Below are positions 56,113 through 64,000 of a stretch of DNA of 64,000 nt, in pieces. A model generated the notes under the pieces. It was not told the origin of the DNA. It did no database searches and was given only the letters and a program-made list of their open reading frames with translations. Source of the DNA: the human T2T-CHM13v2.0 reference genome, Homo sapiens. A program made the position numbers and the translations under genes. Position 1 is the first letter of the stretch, and each line of letters begins with the position of its first letter. Where the stretch lies: assembly GCF_009914755.1 (NCBI RefSeq), contig NC_060945.1. One strand, written 5' to 3'.

Positions 56113-56664
56113 ATGATTTACCTTTTTATTCTTTACTTTATTACATACCCTCATAAGAAACTGTAGCTGAAACCTTAACATACTTGGTCAAATACTTGGA
56201 TTGAATAAGGTGAATATTGAGTTTGTATCAACAAAACACTTCTCGTGTAATCAGCATATAATTTGAATAGCTATAAAGTTAAGATATACAATGAAAAGAT
56301 TTGTAGAAAATAGTCTCCATGAAGGCATATTGCTCAATTTTTATTTATGGAGTTGAAATTTAAGTCTACACATCTCTGTAGCACCCCAATTAAAATGAGA
56401 GAAGAAAAATGGAGAGATAGGAACTACATGTAGTTTCCAGTGTGGAACAAGTGGATGGTATTTATTAACGGTGACAAGGAGGATGATATTTTTAATATTT
56501 TAACTCCCTGTTGATAAAAGTGAAAGAGTCTAAAGTTTAGAAGGGGTTGTTAGTGATTTAGTGATGACCTAAACAAGCAAATGTGGACTTTTCAATGAAA
56601 ACCTCTTTGCAGGGGTGGTTGAGGTCATGTTAGCCAGTAATCTTTTGCCAGGGATCTTAGGTAG

Positions 56665-57800
56665 ATATCCATTCAACATGTATTTTTTTCAATACATTTT
56701 AATTGAGTGACTACTACATCTGAATTATTGTTCTGGGACTGTGCTTGAACTGTTCAGATACAGTTTTTACCCTCATAAACTCTGTCTACCGAGGATGTCA
56801 GACAATACCAGAAGAAAATAAAGGGATCAAGTATCAAGAAAGGGAAGTACAAGACTGGTCCTAAATTAGCCTAAGGAAGAAGATCTCATCCCTGACTGTA
56901 CATTAGAGTCATATTGGGAAACTTAAAAACATAAGTAACAAGAATCCAATTCTCAGGCCCCACCCTAGACCAAGTAACTCAAAATCTCTGGAGATTAATA
57001 TAAATTCTGGAGATGAGCTTGAGGTGTCAGTACTGGGTGACTCTCGTGAGGATTGGGGTTCACCTAGAGGGAAGTGGGTCAAACTTCAACCAGAACCAGA
57101 ATCACCTGAAGTACTTGCTAAAACATACACTTTAGTTACCACCCTAGAGATCCTGGTTCAATGGGTTAGGGATAGGGCTCTAGAATTTATATTAATCATT
57201 AACAAGGTCCCAGTCGTTGCTTAGGCTATTAGTCAAGGGACTGCAATTTCAGAACTACTGCTATGTGAAAACCATGAAGGCTTTCCAAGGATGTGAAAAT
57301 TTTCCCAGGACTAGAAGGATGTGTGGACAGAGAGAAAAGGTAATTGGAGAGGGTTTGGGGTATGGATAACAGCATTGAAAAGGCCCAAGTCAAGAAAGCA
57401 TTTGAAAAATTGAAAAAGGTCTAATTGTGTTTGGAGCATAGAGTGTTAAGGACATAGGTGAGGTGGCAAGCAGGGAACGAATATCTGGTGATACTGAAAA
57501 CCATATCAAGAAGTTTGTACCTCATTCTAAGGCCAATGGCAGCACGCTGAAGGACGTTAAGTACAGGGATAACACGATCTGATCCTCATTTTGGAACGTT
57601 AATGCAGGTGACTGTCGGACTAGAGGCTGTTTCAGCAGTCCTGGTGACAGAACGAACAGAAAGAAAAAAAAGAAAGAAAAACGAATCCACAGAACTTGAC
57701 GACTAATTGAGTGGCAATGGGTCAAGTGAGGGAAGAGTCAAGGATGATACCTCTAATTTAGGTTTAGAGAGCTAGAGGATGGAGCCCTTCACCATGACGC
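56665..57800 (-). mobile_element. L2 fragments interrupted by MER5-type MITEs (about 56890-57260)
   Basis: CATTCAACATGTATTT...TTGAGTGACTACTA; CAGGCCCCACCCTAGACC, CAGAATCACCTG (MER5A); GAGGGAAGAGTCAAGGATGATACC (L2). Confidence 0.65.
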
Positions 57801-59178
57801 AACACAAAGAATTTGGGTCAGTGATATGCAGGCTGTGGGAACTGCAGCAGACTATCTAATGTCCTTGAACTTCAGCTTCTTCATCAATAAGAATAAAAAC
57901 GTATCTGAATCATAGGGACACTGTGAGGGTTAAATGTGGTTGTGGGTAAAAAACTTAATATAGAACCTAGCGTGCAGTTCTCCTACCTCCTGTCTTCTCA
58001 ATTTAGTATACATGTTTTGTCCCAGCTGAAGAAAAGCACAGATCTCTAAGCACACAACTTTGTGTTATGTATTTTGTGTTATATGCTCTTAATGTCTGTA
58101 AGATGAGAGAGAAAACCAAGGTGATGCTATACTGCCACCATGCTAGAACCAAAGCACAGGATAAAGCCGATTTGTTGTTTTCTCATTTTTCCAATTTTTG
58201 CAAAATAAAATTAAGATTTAATATAAGTGGTTTCTGGGAAATATTTAAAGCAAGATTCTAGCGCAGTTCCTTGCGGCGACTCAGTGCTTCCTAAGAGCAG
58301 TTTATTGTTTCGTGTGTATGCTGGGACTCCTTCATGAAAGATGTTTGATGGACAGGACTAATGTCTGCTTCATATGCTGTCTCTTATCAGAACTTTTCTC
58401 TGTGTACTTAAGCTTCAAAGGAAATTATTTGACTTAGGATGGAACAAATCCATCCAACAACCAACCATGTTTTAATAGGGTTTTACTCTACACATGCCCT
58501 ATCAAGAATGCAATCTGTTGGCCATTGCTCTGTGCTCCCCACACCAATAAAAATGTGACAAAAATTAATCTCTAGTTTTTCGGGTCAGTTACTGGTGGGT
58601 GAATAAGTTATTCTGAAACAGATATGACCTCACAGATGGAAATCCTTGACCCAGAGTCCCAACTTCAATGAAGCACTTGCTGGCTTGACCACTTCTAAGA
58701 GATCATTGGCTTCTGGTCCTTCCTGAGTTATTCCTCTAACACTCTTACTCTTAACCAGAGGGCTTTTCGAAAAAAAGGGAATTATACTAATTCAAAATGA
58801 TTTGGGAAAATATTTTAAGGTCCTCTTCCTTGAAATCTTCTATTTCGAATTGTGAGATAATGCCCCCAAGAAAATAAGTCTTCCTATTTGGTCTGAGTAC
58901 ATGGTGATCTCACAGATAGGCTACCCAGCTGAGCACAGGGCAAGCTCAGCTTAAGGATGAGTATCTGAAAAGAAACAGAAATGTTCTGTTTTTCTAATTC
59001 ATTGAGAATTACTTTTACAAAGGTGACATATTTGCTTTTAATCCCCAAAGCGACAACCATTTTTGTACTTTATCCTCAGAAAAATATGTCACATTTCTTT
59101 GACTCTGCATGAAATGCCTGTGATAAGTCAGACAGAAAAACCATTTCTTCTTTGCCATGAATAAAATATTTTGGAGGT

Positions 59179-59184
59179 CAGTGA

Positions 59185-59215
<31 letters not shown>

Positions 59216-59236
59216 CACGTGTGTGTGTGCATGTGT
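59179..59236. repeat. (GTGA)n(TG)n microsatellite
   Basis: Directly visible. Confidence 0.9.
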
Positions 59237-59347
59237 TTGGAGGCTTATGTGTGTAAGGGAGCTTATGATTTTCAGTGACATTCAAGTTTATTTCTATTAT
59301 AATTAAGACAATATAATAGAACAATAGCTTTGTTTTGCCCTTTTATG

Positions 59348-59372
59348 GTGTGTGTGTGTGTGTGTGTGTGTG
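59348..59372. repeat. (TG)n microsatellite
   Basis: Directly visible perfect run. Confidence 0.9.
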
Positions 59373-59819
59373 ATCCCAACTAAAGTTAATGTGTCATTTC
59401 TGACATAATTATCTTTACCACCCACAAAAAGTGGACTTTAGGTCAATTGAAGAGGTAAGTAATAAACTATATAAGGGGAGGCTTTATGGCCATGAATATA
59501 TAGTATGAGCCCAAAGGAGTATTCTCTACTCAATGTCTTCTCTCCCAAACAACTTAGGGAATCAATGGCTGAGCAACATTAGCTAGGCTCCAAAAATTCC
59601 ACTAATTTACTATGTGATAATATCGTTTTAAAGATGTGGTCTTATAAAAAGTTACATTCTCATGGAACAACTTTTGCTGGAGGTATCTAGCTGACAAAAT
59701 GTAGATAGTGAGATTGGTGAAGGCTAATTACTTATATGACTGTGACCTGCAAAATACAAGTGCAAAGAAAAAAAACCCTCATGCCTGGATTTTCTTCTTG
59801 GAACACTAAATACTATGAA

Positions 59820-60005
59820 ATAATTAAATCTGAACTGCAGGTTGGGCACTTCTTTATTAGCTTTGTGGTCTTGGTCAAGTTATCTAACTTCTATGACCTT
59901 AAATTTACTCATCTGTAGAACGGGGCTAATTATACCTATCTCATAAATAGATACTACCTCTTAATTAGGTGGATTCAGTGAGATAGAATATGTAAATACT
60001 GTAGC
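59820..60005 (+). mobile_element. MIR fragment
   Basis: AGCTTTGTGGTCTTGGTCAAGTTATCTAAC...CTCATCTGTAGAACGGGG. Confidence 0.7.
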
Positions 60006-61511
60006 TAATTGGATGCCAGCTAGTATCTACTTACTCTGAAATTAGTAAGTGTTAGTTGGAATTTCCTGAAAGGTACTTATGGGGACTATTATTTTGAACC
60101 ACGTTCCCCTTTTCAGCCATGTCCATGAGATTACAAGGAACCACTAAGATTTATATATTTTGGATTTAAGCTAAATTTACCCATCTTGGACATAGTTATC
60201 CATTATTTTGTAATAACATTATTGGAATATTTACAAAGATGGTAAAATAGAAAAATTCAGTGCATGAGACAGTTTAGGAAGGCATATATATTCTGAAAAG
60301 AAAGTGGGTGCTATCACTTGAATTATTAAAGCCAACAAGTACCCCAGAGGTTGCTTAAGATTTCATTTCACTTAGCTAGGGTAAACCTGCCTGAAGTAGC
60401 GGAGAATTTGCTAGGTATCCCTGCCTGCGACAATAGAAACAGAAGCCGTTCAATCAAAGCAAACAGGAGAACGAGCAGCTTTAGGGGAATTAGGGCAAGA
60501 ATCTCTTGTGGCTCAGCATCATTTTATCACTTGATTTCAAGCCAGCAAACTTGTTTCTGATGATTAGATATTGTTCTTAATTGCAGAAGAAGCACCTTAT
60601 GGATTTCCTGTCCATCTTTATAGTATATTTCAATATTTTGTAACTAAATCACTATTGCTTCTGCCACACCTGCTTTACATTTGACACATTGAAGGGTGAG
60701 TAAAAATGATTAGAGACAATGTTTATATGAAAGACATGTCAGGAGAGCAAGAGAGAGGATCTGCTATTCCTGGATGATTTATTTCCACCCACAACCCAAA
60801 ATTATACCAACCCCTCAACCTCAGATTATAGATATAACACATTCCCATCTGGAATAGCCAAGCAATACAAAAGAAGTATTAAGAAAAGTAAAACCCATCT
60901 AAAATCTCACTCCCAGGGGTGACATAGGTGAGCATTAAAATGCTCATTTTAATGAGTATTCTTTAAGACATCTCTTTTATGTACACACATGCACACACGT
61001 ATACACAAACCCTTTTCACAGATATATACACAAAATTTTATATAAATGGAATCATACCTATCTGTGCTTCTTTGCAACTTTATACTTCTTTGCAACATGC
61101 TCCTTCCTTTTTTCCTTTCTTTCTCCTTTCCTAAAACCTCCTTCCCTCCCACACTGCATTTCTTCCTTTCTTCCATCCCACCTTAATTCCTTCCTTCCAT
61201 TTTTTATTTTCCAGGAACAAGGAGTTAATTATATAACTTTCATGGCCTACTATCATCATTAGCCCATGCAATATCCCTCTTTATAAATACGTACCTATGT
61301 GTATGCCATTGTATTTCCCACTCTCATTACTCTCTTCCCCACCCCAAGCTGGTGAACATTCAATGGATTTAATGTATATCTTTAAATGTCTATAGTTGTT
61401 GTATGCACTTTTAAACTTACATAAATTTTGTTGTTTTACAGATATCTTTCTGATTTTTTTTTTTCTCAGCACTATCCCTGTTCTTACATGTGCACCTAAC
61501 CTACTGTTTCT

Positions 61512-62218
<707 letters not shown>

Positions 62219-63786
62219 CACTTTTTTCGGTAATGTTCCCTTTCTTTGGGACATATGTCAGGAATGGAATTGCTGAGTCATGGAGAAAGTTTATATTTAA
62301 CTAAGTGCGCCAAACACTTCACAGATTCTTGATTTTTCAGAAGGGCAAGGGGTGGTCAGCACCCCCAAGATGGAGTATCATGAGGTCTAGGATTCTCTTT
62401 GGTCCACAGGCTTACTCTGATTGATTCTGTGCCTGCCTGTTACAGGCAGAGAGACAGGGGCCTGGATTACCCATTGAACCTGTTTGTCTTGTAGATTTGA
62501 ATTACTTATTTCACATAAAACGGGCAAAGATTTCCCCATGGATACTACTCAGATTTGAAACTAGTTTTTCCTAACGATGACATGGATGTCTTTCTCAGTT
62601 AATGAATATATCTAATTCATCTCCCTTTTAATAACTTCAGGGAATTTCCTTTTACTTTGCTTCATTTTATCAACCCTTCAGTATTACACACGGAGGCTTG
62701 GTTTTGGTTTTTCACTATGTAAACAATGCTGCAATGAACATCCCTACTCATGAACATTTGTATTCACTTGATCATTTTTCATCTTGGTGTAAAATCGTAG
62801 GTGTGAAATTGTTCCAGCAAAATTCATGCACATTTTAATTCTTGATGTGCAGTGTCATTTCCCTACAAAAAGACTGTACCATTATATAGCCCCCAACACA
62901 ACACATTAAAGTATCCATTTCTTCCCATTCTTGAACAATGCTTAATTTATCCATCTCCAATAATCTGATATTAGATTTTTTATTTTTATTCTTTGATTTT
63001 ATTAAAGTTAAATATTTAAAATATACAGTATTTATTGACCTTCTTCCTGTAAATTTCCTGTTTTTGTCTTTTGCAAATATTTTTCTATTACAATATTTGT
63101 ATTATTGTTATTTGTAAGACCTCCATCAGGGCAAAAATAGTACCATTGATGTGGATCTCTATTTCCCATTTTCTAGTACTTAGTAGCTGCTCAATAAATG
63201 TTTGCTGAATAAACATTAATATTTTGTCTGTCATATATTTTGCAGGTTTTTTTGTTTGCTTTAAAATTTTATTTCACTGTGCATATACATATTTTGATGT
63301 AATCGACAGGTTAGTCTTTTCCCTTATGTTTCAGTTTTCCTGTATTTTTAGTTTTATTTACTCCACATATTATAAGCATATTTGGTAACTATTTTATTAT
63401 AGTCCTTATATGGTTTTATTTTTTAGCATTAAAATTTTTCAATCCATATCAAATGAACTCAGTGAGATCAGTAACATAGGGTTCTGGCTTATATTTTTCC
63501 AGCCCCTTTTATTGACTGGTTTGTTGTTTTACACATAATGCTGCATTTATCTTATACTATATTTTATGTATACTTAGGTCCATTAAAAAATTCTCTATTC
63601 ATTTCCACACATTTATTACTTAGGCTATCTTTCTTATAATTTTAACTTTATTGACTTTGAAAACATAAAACAATCACATGACTCAAAATTCTAAAGAGTC
63701 CAAAGGATACACAGAAAAACGTTTCTTTTACTATTACCATATCAATCAGCCCTATGAACAAACTGAGCCCCGACTGTTGTTTTTTT

Positions 63787-63928
63787 GCTCTTTGTTTTTT
63801 TTAGACGGAGTCTCGCTCTGTCGCCCAGGCTGGAGTGCTCAGTGGCGTGACCTTGGCTCACTGCAAGCTCTGCCTCCCGGGTTCACGCCATTCTCCTGCC
63901 TCAGCCTCCTGAGTAGCTGGGACTACAG
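63787..63928 (-). mobile_element. AluY right arm only (5'-truncated insertion)
   Basis: Ends at GGGACTACAG; TSD GACTGTTGTTTTTT on both sides. Confidence 0.9.
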
Positions 63929-64000
63929 GACTGTTGTTTTTTAAAAATAGTATATTATAGGGATTGTTACGTATCTTACCTTTTGTGAAGCTTAACAGTA

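Overview
AT-rich, repeat-dense primate non-coding DNA. It is very probably human, because it contains an unmutated AluYb9-type element. I recognise no protein-coding exon, processed pseudogene, tRNA/rRNA/snRNA gene or CpG island. The ORF track is explained by Alu-derived frames, a decayed HSMAR2 mariner transposase and chance ORFs. The window holds about 20 Alu/FLAM elements and a full-length but dead HSMAR2 transposon (10704-11999). It also holds a solo HERV-H LTR7 (30681-31078) inside a palindromic, apparently templated AT-rich patch, about ten older MaLR/ERV LTRs, hAT MITEs (MER1B, MER20, MER45A, MER63, MER5), L1/L2/MIR relics and microsatellites. Between the repeats lie unique islands with TF-motif clusters and several well-formed candidate (pseudo)exons. 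I found no convincing new biological system. The best leads are the young, possibly polymorphic AluYb9, the LTR7 with its templated flanks and possible lncRNA, a short L1 with a candidate 3' transduction, and candidate enhancers. Repeat subfamily names come from recall of consensus sequences and need RepeatMasker/Dfam confirmation.
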